This document shows positions 52,325-64,000 of a stretch of DNA of 64,000 nt, piece after piece. This stretch comes from Ruditapes philippinarum (Eukaryota), in contig NW_026857469.1 in NCBI RefSeq assembly GCF_026571515.1, forward strand, positions 62,001-126,000, read 5' to 3'. Made by a program: the position numbers and the translations under genes. Each line of letters starts with the position of its first letter. Within the stretch, counting starts at the first letter, position 1. The notes below the pieces were generated by a model. It saw nothing but the letters and a program-made list of their open reading frames with translations, had not been told where the DNA came from and ran no database searches.

Positions 52325-54054
52325 ATACTGCAGGCTTGCTATTAAGTATTAAAAATATTGAAAACTTTACAACTACGTTAGAAACTTGTTTATGCACTAA
52401 AAGCTTTTAGAACAAATGACTAAATTAATTAAACGGTGAAGTTTTCAAAATCTGCGTCACTCCAGTACAACCTGAGCAAGGTTTTCTATCCTTACTTTAT
52501 TTTAATTATTTAGTTATGTTTCCAGTTTCAAGTTGTTTTTTTTTTCAACTTGACCCATATGGGCATCAATTTTGTAAACAGCAAATTTGACAAACAAATG
52601 AGCATTTACAACAAAATAATACAAATGTGTAAATACAACTTGTAGACGAACTAATTTGCATGATAAATTCAAAAATAAGACTAGAAATACTTATGAATGA
52701 CTTATAGAGATGAGAGAGACTAATAAGAGATAAAGTACTAGTAACATAATGCAACCGCACCATGAAAATTCCTGACCAAAATCACAAATGAAGTGACGAA
52801 AAAAAACACGGAAGGATTCGGATCCTTTCATTTCCGAACATCAGATGATTTTTAATTTAAAGTTAACCAACCCCGGATTTGAACCTTGATTGCAAGTTTC
52901 CTCCTGGTTTAACTGAAACAATGAGATCACACTTTTTTCATGCACATACATGTATAAGCAAATAATGAAGTGTAGTTTGTAATGCATGCTATGAGTTAAA
53001 TTAACATTCTGTTTTTTGGTTGGGTATTTTTTCCCCTTTTTTACATATCTGTAAGCGCTCCAATGCATACTTCGTTTTAATTTTCTACATTTTATAAAAG
53101 TTTCGTTCATTTCTGACAAGCAGCTATTTTCTTTAACAACACGTCAAAGATGCCGACAATTCTTACAGCCTCGTTTTGTCTCGCGAGACCAAATATCAGA
53201 CAGTCACATGATTGCCAGAGACATACAGAGTTGTCGAACATTGATCATATATCAGGATGCCGCAGTACTGTATCAGTGTCTCAAAATGTTCAAATAAATT
53301 TCTATACACATGATTTTGCAGCCGATTCACAGCCAAGTGATGCTTAAGTAACAGAAGACACAGGTGACTTTTAAGGATTGCTATGAAAATTTTGAAACAC
53401 TTAATTTGGTATTATCATGTTCACTGTCGAGGATATGAAAACAGTCCTTTTTACAAAATGATGTCATGGATATAAGAAGCCAATTATACTGTGCTCCTCT
53501 TAATTCACGGTACTTAACACTTTGAAACCAGGAAGAATACAACAAATGAAACTTATGGTACAAAAATTACCATAAGCTATAACATTTAGGTATGTTCTGC
53601 TGTATGACAAAGCAAACAACAATATATTCAGTGAAAGTCAATTTTAATGGACCAAACGTAGACCATATGTCGGTCATTTTGAAAAATGTGTGTCATCATT
53701 TAAATCGCGGTAATGGTGTTACATTTCAGTTGGGTTTCTTTTTTTTTCTTTTTTTCAGTTAAAATTTCTCATGTTATTTTGCGCGATTTTAAATATTAAA
53801 ACTACCCTCACTTTGAATGGCAAAATTAATTTTTTCAACAAACAAGAACATTTAGAAAATGATGATTGTTTCAGACGTAAGCACAAATTTAATGGACTAT
53901 TGATGCTTTTTGCAGAAATTTGTAAAATGTTGTTCTGTTTCACGTAAAAATCTAGAGATTTAAAATATTTTGCACAAAAACTTTGTTGTTAAGGTGTATG
54001 AATAAAATATGTCAATTCAGATCATTTTTTAACACTGGTCACATGATATTTATA

Positions 54055-56264
54055 GAGGGTGTTCGTTGCCAAAATTTCAGACATGTAAAGTGTTCGTTTT
54101 GAAAACTACTTTTGAAAATGCAAACGTGCATGTCTAGTTTTTTATTATATTCGTGCACAGCAAATAATATGCCTCTTAATCCAATCTTTTAATTGAAGGC
54201 ACCCGCTTTTAAATAACAAGTTTACATGTAGATCTTAACAACTGACTTAACATGAAAAAACAGCAATAAATTTACAAGTTTGTATCTTCCATTGCATATA
54301 ATACATAAACATGTTTGCACGCTTACCATGCTTATAGATATCTAACCGTATCTGAGATATATAAATGAAATGTAAAACTCGAGTACAGAAAATAGAGTTT
54401 AAGAAAACGTGTTTCCAGTTGTAGAACTGCAACAGTACGTTTACACAGTAACATGTTTAAAATAACAAAAGTAGATTTACAAAGTTAAACGATTTTAAGT
54501 CATGCATGACGCCCCGGCCCTCTTTGAGTATTTAGAAACTTCTGTTGCGGGAATGTACGGACAGGTATAAAACCCGGCGCCTGTCTCCTATTTCTCAATA
54601 AAGTTAATTAAGGAAAACACGGCGTCCCTTCTAACTTTTTTTTTTGTTTTATATAAAAAATAAATAACGTTGGTATCAAATGAAAGATCCATAAGCTTTC
54701 TATGAATGCTTCAGAAATAAAAATGAATTAAATAGAAGTATTAGAATTTTTGTTTCAAAATTTATCTTTTTTCCTCTGAAAATCACACTCTCAAATTCGG
54801 TAAGAAAAACACGGCGTCCCATCCAAATTTTTCTTTTTAATTTCGTAATCAATTTTGATAGTTTTGGATTGAAATAAAACTGTGCTTCATAAGTTTTATA
54901 GTCTATAATTATTTAATGCCTAAAAATAAAAATGAATTAAGGAGAAGTATTAAAATTTTCGTTTTAAAGTTTATCAGGTTACTTTCTGAAAACCACACTC
55001 TGAAATTAAGTAAGAAAAACACGGCGCCCCCTACTTACTTTTTTATTTATTGATCAATTTTAATAATTTTGGTGTCAAATGAAAGAATCCTTCATGACCT
55101 TTCTAGTGATGCCTTAAAAATAAAAAAAAATAATTACGTAGAAGTATCAAAATATTTTGTTTCAAACTTATCGTTGTCTTTTAATTCTCTCTCTCTTAAA
55201 ACCACACTCATATATTCGGCAAGAAAATCACGGCGCTCCCTTTCGATTCTTTATAAATTAATCAATTTTCAAAATAGAAAATGAATATAGAATGAAAATT
55301 AAGACCATAAGCTTCAAGTATATTAAAAAAGTATTTATTTATACTGAAAATACCTTATTAAAGATTGCACATATGTGCTACGGATAAGTACTTTCTTGAT
55401 TTCAAAAGGAAATCTCGGTGGCCGCTTTAAAATCCTATTTTTTTCAAATACTCTCATAATTTTTGTTTACATGAAATTTGTGCCAATACATTTTATACAA
55501 ATATTGAATGGTTTTTAGATTATGGATAAAATTACTCGCTTGAAGTTGGTCATTTCCCCCTAAAAATTTCCAAATCGCCGATGTTTCTCATGAAAACACG
55601 AGGTTAAATAATAAGTTAGTGCATAAGTTATCTTAATTATTTTGTATTAAATAAATTTTCAAGTGATGAAGCTAGTGATAAAACTTTTGTAACAAATGCA
55701 ACAAAAATATGTTAGGAAGAATGCGGCGTGTCTTCCTTCAGTTTTATTTAGAAATATAGGAGAGACGCCGGGTTTTATACCTGTCCGCAAAAGTTCGTAA
55801 ATACTCAAAGAGGGGCGGGGCGTCATGCATGACTTAAAATCGTTGTAATCAACTTTTGTCATTTTAAACATGTTACTGTGTAAACGTACTCTTGTAGTTC
55901 TACAACTGGAAACACTTTTTCTTAAACTCTATTTTCAGTGTTCGAGTTTTGCATTTCAGTTGTATATCTCAGGTACAGATAGATATCAGATATATAAGTG
56001 CAAACTTGCATATGTATTGTATGCAATGGAAGATACAAACTTGTAAATTTGTTGTTGTTTTCCATGTTAGGTAAGTTGTTACAATCTATATGTAAATTGT
56101 TATATAAAGGCGGGAACCTTCAATTAAAATATTTGATTAAGACACATATTATGTGCTATGCACGGGTACAATGAAAATGGCAGGCATACAAGTTCGCATT
56201 TTCAAAAGTATTTTTTAAAAGGAACACACTTTACATGTCTGGAATTTTGGCAACGAATGCCCTC
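54055..56264. mobile_element. Foldback non-autonomous DNA transposon with ~550-bp TIRs (Sola-like termini)
   Basis: 54055-~54620 is the reverse complement of ~55720-56264 (GAGGGTGTTCGTTGCCAAAAT / ATTTTGGCAACGAATGCCCTC). Internal ~200-bp direct repeats are marked by AAA(A/T)CACGGCG at ~54614, 54805, 55016, 55226. Flanks tata / cata. Confidence 0.88.
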
Positions 56265-56657
56265 CATAGATATTATGCCATTACCGTGAAATAAATGATG
56301 CCGCGGAATAAGTGATTTTGAGTATATATAAAATGTAGGATTAAATATTGATGAATATGAGTATAACATATTAATAATTTAATTAAATTTGTAAATAAAA
56401 ATAAAACACCATATCATGTTTTCAAATATTTCATTTTATGACTGATAGGAATCTAAGATACCAAAATCCGTAAAAAGTTATCCATTTATTGTGGCTCATC
56501 ATATTTTCAATTGAAAAATGTTGCAGGCTCGGTTTGATTGAGAATGCGTAAAGGCCTCAACAAATGGTAGGATTAATACAACACTTGCATTCAGACCATA
56601 ATATTAATAATCAGATCCCATACAAAACATTTCTCCCAATTGGATCCCTTGCATACT

Positions 56658-56691
56658 CAGGTACGTATATTAACGTTAATATACGTACCTG
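56658..56691. repeat. Perfect 34-bp palindrome flanked by a 7-bp direct repeat
   Basis: gcatact-CAGGTACGTATATTAACGTTAATATACGTACCTG-gcatact. Confidence 0.95.
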
Positions 56692-59600
56692 GCATACTTT
56701 ACACAGTATTATTACTGGAATAAGTATAAATGTTGTAATTTTTGATATCTACAAAAGAAAAAGGTAAATCAAACGTTTCAGCCATGGAAGGGGCATTTAG
56801 GACATAACCATGTCCTGAAATGAATGGAATAAATAAGCACCATAAAGTTCTGGAATTTAATTCATTACACACATTATCAGGGGATATTTTGGAAATATGT
56901 CGTCTGTCATCATCGGAGGTCTATACAACAAGAATTACAAATTAGAACGTGTCCTATCTTGTAAATCTAGTATTAAGTTTTCAGAATCATATGAAGATTT
57001 GGTTGTACATCTCAGTTTTAACAGTTTTAATTTGTGTTGTACTTTTAACATAATATACCGTTCATACCCTCTTTAAGGCTCTGAGCAGTCAATTTCAGTT
57101 TCTTTAATGTGAAATATTACACGAATACATTTTGTTCACATATTTTGCATTGCATTAGACTGTATACTGGTTTGCTAAACCTTTTTGCTCCGCATTCCGC
57201 ACTGCAATGCAACATTTATTAAGAACAAATTTTTATACACTTTATACAAAACTATTTCTTTTACGAAAACAAATTTGAAAATACACTATGCACACATGAA
57301 GACTTGTTAGCTGTAAACTTATTGCACAACCTTATTACTATAGTTACAATACATTTTCTACGTTTTACCTTCTTACAACTGTTTCGGGTGAAAGTTATGT
57401 ATAATTGGTTACAGATATGTGATGAATGTTGTAAATCAGCATTATTTGTAAGTTTGTGTGCACTGAATACGTTAAACACTTAAATATGTTGGATGGTGTA
57501 AATGATGATCATATTTGATAAAAAAAAAAACATCTATTCATAGAAACACGTTACGATATCGACATAAATCTGACAACACAGTTCTGTAACAATGTCGATG
57601 TTCAACACCATTGGCAGAGTATACTAACACATACATCAATTATCTTTAGAAATAATGAAACACCTTGTTAATAAAGATTTAGTTGTAAATATGAATTATT
57701 TTAAGATTTATAGTCCCTCACGATAGCAACCTACTATTTTCTACTTTTCGTCTATTTCAGCTTTTCATTTTAGTTGTTTTGTACGGAAATAAATAAAATA
57801 TAACAAGACCGCCTAAACTAAATTGAAATTGAAGAACTTTAAAATTAAAATGTTTCGACACTCAAGCAAAGCGTATACATGTACGAAATACCTTTGTAAA
57901 TGAACTACATTCAAATAAAGTTGTTCTTAAGTTGTGTTAGAGCGAATCATGATATTCCACATTCATTGAATAATCCAAAGCACATTCCCTGACACTGGCC
58001 ATTATTTTATAAGAAACTTATTTAATAGGATTATCAGCGGTTCATCTGTTAGCCTGTTGTAGTCTATTTATGCCCAGTGGTGGTAAGGGATTAGTGATGT
58101 GTTTTATAGAATTATTACACTTATTTACTAAGCCACACTTAGACTGATTGTGCTAATGTACAACTGTCTGTTTTCAATAATACGAACAAATGTACTTGAA
58201 ATGTACAAGACATATTTGTATGTATACTCTTGATTTCAATGTTGTCTTCGCGACATGTTGACAACATTTGTTACATAAGTTATAAGGAAAGGAAAGAAAA
58301 CAAGCCTGATGATAATAAATATATAAACAAATTTACAAATTAGAAAAAAATAAATAATGATATTATTAAACAATCTAGAAAATTATGTAGCATGAAATAA
58401 AATAATGTATCACAGCTATCATTTAAGCCTATGCAACAACTGAAGAAAGTTACACCTTCTGTTAAAGTAGAGGTGTAAGGTGCAAGTAATTTACCTAACG
58501 AAAAACAAGATAACAGAACGGGCGGTTGTGAAATGGCACCATAACCCGATATATTTGGTAAATTTAAGTCTGTAAGACAACGCAGGCCAATGCTAATATA
58601 AAAAAAATGGAACTAAATGTTTCAATTATTGGAACAAGCACTTGTTGCCTTATTTAAATTGTGACATTTGCAAAAAATGTATTTCTTTAGATCAGGTGTT
58701 CTAAGTTGACATACAAGTCGTGAGTGTTAGTGTGCAAATTAGTGTCCGTTATTACCATTATTGCAGCCAAAGAACGCAATATTAACGCATGTTTTCGGCT
58801 GATACATATAATTCGGATACTAATTTAATTTAATGACAGAGAAAATGGACGATTTCGCTTCATTACAAGGTACATTGATAGCATTTAAGATGAACTGTGT
58901 AGTCCAATACTGAGGTTTACAATTTGTTGTAATCATCCCCAGTCTAAGGCCAGTTAGAAACACTAAATCATGAATTAAATATTTTGCAGAGTGTTACGTC
59001 ATGGGTTTATGAACGACATAAATATATATGTGCTCTAACTACGTTTATTATCTAAACTATTTTATATGATACATGTGTTTACATATCAGTGTCCGTGATG
59101 GTAGTATATTAAGATCTAGGGAACTCTCTATTATAAAGGAGCTGTACGCACCTAGAGTATCATGTTACAGTTTACTCATCATGCTACACAGAGGTCAACA
59201 AAATAATGTTTCATCCACTATGAAGCCAGCTGGACTATCTACTGAGGTCGCAAAACAAGGAATTTGGTTGACCAAAGTCAAACTTACGTTAAAGTTTCTA
59301 ACTATTCATTTATATTGACATAATGCCAATTTAAGTCTAAATAGTGTGAGCACAGGTAAAAGTCAACATAGCTTTACATTTTGCCATAATTGTGTCCAAT
59401 TTCATTTTTATGCAAAAATAATCAATTATCCAGTTGACCCACAAACACTCCTATAAATATTGTTCGGAATGTGTTGGTAACATTTAATTTTTAAAAAAGA
59501 ATGGAAAGTCTTTTTATAATTTAGGTATTTTTTTATTTTCATTATCAATCATTGGTCAATCACCATAGCGATAGTCTCACTTATTCAGCTCAACTTGACA

Positions 59601-60248
59601 TCGAAAAGCAAAATAAAATAAGCAAAATGTCGCATTAGCAAAGACAAAAGACGCTTTGAACGTTCATGATGCAATCATAAACAGTACACAGTACAAAAGC
59701 AAACTCTGAGGACCCACTGATTTAAAGGAATTCAATTTAAGCCGTGGAATCATATCGAAATGAAAATTGAGAATAAACGCAGTAATGATTGCTAGTTTCG
59801 ATATAAAATGAAATAAATCAACTGACGCAGACGTAATTGTTCGACTACCGGATAATTATTTGCGTATCTTACTAAACTGATTTACACAGTTTTCCCAGTT
59901 TTGGCGTGAAAAAATGCATGATTTGCCATGCCTATACCCATCCCCTTCAAAAGACCTGTTAATCAAATATAATAATTATGACATCGCTTTGCTTATTGCT
60001 CTGCGCCTTGGACCCGATTATTATCATTTAATCCCTTCGATTTACAGCTAAAAATAAATTCGGAATCTAGTATTCCTTCCGATTTTGACTATGAAAAGTC
60101 ATATATTGGTTTCCCCGAGAATGCCCCCCACCGCTGGGAAGGCAGCATAAAAGACAATAAATTTATAGAAAAAAACATTAAGTACTTTTTACGAATTGTT
60201 ATATCATAATATTATCATTTTAAAAGTATATTTCCGTAGGTTCTTTCC

Positions 60249-60397
60249 GACTTAGTAACTCGTGGCCACGACATAGTATCTCGTGGCCACGACTTAGCCA
60301 TCTCGTGGCCACGACTTAGTAACTCGTGGCCATGACATAGTATCTCGTGGCCACGAGATAAATAAAAGCAGACACATGTCACCTTTGTGCCACCGTA
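60249..60397. repeat. 21-22 bp minisatellite of palindromic units (CTCGTGGCCACGA), probably a MITE remnant
   Basis: Five units gac(t/a)tagta(a/t)ctcgtggccac, then a unique end ..gtcacctttgtgccaccgta. Confidence 0.85.
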
Positions 60398-62369
60398 ACT
60401 AGTTCATCTTCACTTGCTGCATTTCTTGCTTGGACACCCTTTCATGCTTTGCATCAATGCTTTTCTTGTTATATTATGATATACCATTTGCTCGAAACAT
60501 GTAACGGGCATTTTGAAAATTTTAGTCGATGGAGGTTTTTGTTTTGGTTAATTTACAAATGGATACATGTATTTCTTACCATTATTAGTTGTTGATATTT
60601 GTAGAAAAGGAGTAGCGTTATAGATGAAAAAGAAAATGTATATGCTTTGATATTTTTATAATCTAAAATTACTGACTACAGTAGTTACACAACAAACAGA
60701 ACAATGTTGCACTACTGTCACGTCACATTACAAAGCTTGTAAGTCTTGCTTGTATTAGAATAACTTTACTTACCAGGTAGGAATCAGTGAAAACATTTCT
60801 TTTTAATATCTTGCCCCTCTCTCATGGACAGTGCATACGATAGGTATAATTATGCAAAAATGATTTACAAAACATCCGGAATAATGTACAATACTTAATC
60901 TAAATAGAAAATGACCTGTGCGTAGGAACGATTTGGTAAGGTATGTGTTATGAGCGCATTTTTTGCGTGTAGATTCTCAATTGCTGCAGATTGCAGTATA
61001 TTTGTACTTATACGTAATGCGTTCAAGATTTTATCCTCAAAAATGTTACATGTATATCCAAATAGGAACCATGTCAAACAAGTAAGGGACTATGTTATAA
61101 ATACATACTAATAAATTGTCAGAGAAGAAGAGAAGTATTTAGAACTTTTTTCACATTTTTTTTTTGTAAAGAAAGGGAACAAAATGGTTTACACGCCCAA
61201 TTTTCAGTTATTCAAACGCCGGCTATAAATCTATAGCACCCTTTAATTAAAATCCTCCTTTGAATACATTAAAGTTTGTGAATCATGGTGTTTTGAACTG
61301 AATTCAAAATGTCATTTCTTTATCACACATTCTTGTAGTGAAACATATCTGTCCGTGACATTCTGAACACACATTTTGCATGCCTACTTCACGACGGAAA
61401 TTGAAACCGTGAATGCTGGCAAAAAAACCCTGACAATTATTAACATGATAGTATAATATATCGTAAAACGTTGCGCAAGAGGCACAAAAAAGCTTGCATA
61501 TGATGAAAGATTAAAATATCTATTTTCACTTCTTTACAGCTGATTTTTTATTTAAACAACTGCCAACAGAAGGTACCGAGACACTTCCTCATTATTATTC
61601 AAACATATTTATGCCGAGTTATTTTAAATCCATTCAGAAGTGTCAGACCAGAAATGACCATCAATGCATTTCTAAGATTTTATGTATGTGAGAGGGTACG
61701 TCGCAGGTCAAATGACTACGTTCAAGCTTTACTGGTAAAGGAAAACTTCAGTGCAGAATTTAACGCACCGACGTTTCGTAAGCTAGCTAGAACAGCTGGA
61801 ACATGCAAACACAAAATGGTGAGGGGCAATTGGTTAGAAGTCAGCTATTTTAACCACTTCACACTTGACGCACCCGATGAAATCTTATCATGACTTTGGA
61901 TGTACAAGTGTGAACGTGATATTTGAGCCGGAGATGTGATCCTAGCTTCCGATATATTCTCATCATATCCAACATATGTATGCAGTTATTCTAAAATCCA
62001 TCCAGGAATAACAGAATTGCTGCCCGGGCACGACCATAAATACCCTTTTATCAAGTCTCAGTGTAACATTTTCAATTTACCTACAAACTTGGGATAAGAC
62101 ACCTTTACTCCATTTATGCAAAATTAATTTAAAATTCATCCATGAATAGCAGTTATGTGCTGCACAAAATCAGACAGACGGATGGACAGTTCAAATCTAT
62201 ATGATACTGTCCTTCAGTGTGACTGAGATGAATGAAAGAAGTAGCACAATTATAAATGAAAACTGTAGAGATTATTTTCTATATATTTTTAGAGTTATGT
62301 CCCTTGTCATATATATTATGCAAGTGCTAAGAGATAAACAAATGTACCCCTTTCAATTCAAAGGAGTAT

Positions 62370-62528
62370 GAAATAGTGAAAAACAGAATCCCTAAAGAAG
62401 GCTCAACCCGGCAAAATTGTAAAATGTTGCAGGCTCGGTTAGATTGAGCCTGTTCATTGACGGTAATGGAAATTGCAAGTTACCGTCCACGCCCCCTAGC
62501 ACCGGCTTAAGCAGAATTCAACATTTAA
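62370..62528 (+). repeat. ~150-bp dispersed double-hairpin repeat (most complete copy)
   Basis: Hairpins CAGGCTC..GAGCCTG and GACGGTAA..TTACCGTC. Other + copies at 12348-12446, 33790-33886 and 56512-56542. Inverted copies at ~10760-10875, 20720-20860, 31955-32090, 43385-43495 and 47652-47750. Confidence 0.8.
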
Positions 62529-63264
62529 AAAAACATAAAGCATAATATTTTCACACAGAATTATTAATGTTCAAAAGAACATATTCATCATAATAAACAG
62601 AGCAGAACACAACAGATATTTCATTTTTTTTAATTTAAACTTGCACAAATAAATAAACATTGTCATATAGTTATTAACAAATTTAACAATATCATGTAAG
62701 ATACACAATGATCAAATTAAAAAATGTCTTATAGATACCTAAAACATGTTTTCTCTGTAAATGTACATATATCACTTTTTTGTAAAGGTATATGTGGGTT
62801 ATGTATTATAATCAAGTGAATTGTTTTGATGCTATTTCTTTATGTTATTGGAAGACTGAAAGGTAAATGTGAGATAATACCTGTATCATTTTATATTTCC
62901 TTTTTTTGTTGTTGCAAATATGTAAATGGGTTATGTTTACTAGTATACAGGTTAACTGTCTGTTGTTGTTTCTTTAAGGAGATTTGAAGACCTGATTGTA
63001 TCAATCAGTACAAAGTACAATCAAAATAAGAACAGTGTTTTTGGAAAATATTAAGAATGAAAATAGTTAGCATGCTATAATAATGAGTAAATTTTGTCAG
63101 GAAATATTGATTATGTTACACTCAATCAAATAGTATTTATAAACATCCAAAGTTGATATATATTTTCTTCCTACAGTTAACAGAAAATAAGAAATACATT
63201 ATAATGTTTCTAGCTATATATTTGACATAATATTATAGAGTTCATTATTGACAGCTAATTTAAC

Positions 63265-64000
63265 AAGAGCTAGTTCAGTAGGACAGTAAACTCGACTATT
63301 CTTAGTGTTTGATTGTAAAAGAGCCTTGATAATGTAAAATTTTCTAAGTTCACAAAAGGGCCAATATTTTTTTCCAATTCTGTTACAGTTATTGGCCTTT
63401 GAGAGAGTTCTATCATGCTCTCAAAGAAGTGCATAAATTTCAGCTTGTTTCAAAGCCAGATGTCCATGGACTATGAAAATGTATGAGGTATTACAAAAAC
63501 TTCATAAATCCAAGATGAAAAGGGGCATTATTCTGTCAAAATACTTGATAGTTACCTCCTTTTGTCTAGGGCATGATGGTGAACAAGTGTGCAAAGTTTG
63601 AATGCCATATGTCGATGGACTTTGATAATATATGAGGAGGTACACAAACTTTAACACAAGTGGTTATATACACTGACACCGACTCTTGGGTTACTAGGAT
63701 AGCTCTACTTATTCTTATCAAATAGTCCAGCTTAAACTACATTACATTAAAAAATCCAATAGAACAGTTAAACAACAGGGCCAACCCAAGGGCTTTTATT
63801 TGAACAAACTTGGTAGACAACCATTTGAAGATGTTTTATGATAAATATCTAAGCTCTAGCATTTTGGGGTTTTTAAAATAAGATTTTTTTAAGTTTTTAC
63901 TATACACATATAGGGAAAAAGTATACCCCACCCCCGTGCTTTTATTTGAACAAACTTGGTAGACACTCACTAGAAGATATTTTATGCTTACTATTTAAAC
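63265..64000. repeat. Degenerate HINE/satellite-like repeats
   Basis: aacaagagc start, ~150-bp repeated cores (aagtgtgcaaagtttg..atggactttga) and a second repeat ttttatttgaacaaacttggtagaca at ~63794 and ~63939. Confidence 0.5.

Noticed and set aside
53150-53347. Third coding exon of the GPCR
   Set aside because: Plausible in composition, but the nearby acceptors are not in phase with the 52279 donor for this frame and another frame is also open. It cannot be called from sequence alone.
60249-60360. CRISPR array
   Set aside because: Spacers are only 8-9 bp and repeat each other, there are no cas genes, and the context is eukaryotic.
61654-61893. 79-aa ORF and a TTAACC piggyBac-like end at ~61850
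   Set aside because: No recognisable motif, no splice support, and no matching second terminus.

Overview
AT-rich animal genomic DNA, most likely a mollusc (bivalve-type repeats: tRNA-headed Meta/MESC-like SINE, AAGGTCA-type Helentron-associated repeats, L2 and I-group LINEs). Bases 1-~48,990 are a rearranged tandem array of about five partial or complete copies of one ~10-15 kb unit. Translating the + strand by hand across stops and frameshifts and comparing copies shows the unit is a decayed, nearly intronless gene for a very large LRR-containing GPCR of the GRL101/RXFP (LGR type C) kind. It has several LDLa-like/LRRNT/LRR/CC-hinge modules in series, a 7TM domain (WRSSxxC, QILIxIEV, TDF-WTPI, NIILPAVY) and a ~1.5 kb coding-like cytoplasmic tail that may be kinase-like. 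The ORF track misses it because no copy is intact, so this call rests on manual motif reading and needs HMM confirmation. The copies carry many TE insertions. Bases ~49,000-64,000 are largely unique: an apparently intact two-exon (or more) orphan class A GPCR of GPR21/GPR52-like type, a 2.2 kb foldback element, a 34-bp perfect palindrome with a flanking duplication, and further repeats. No prokaryotic features, CRISPR array or rRNA are supported.
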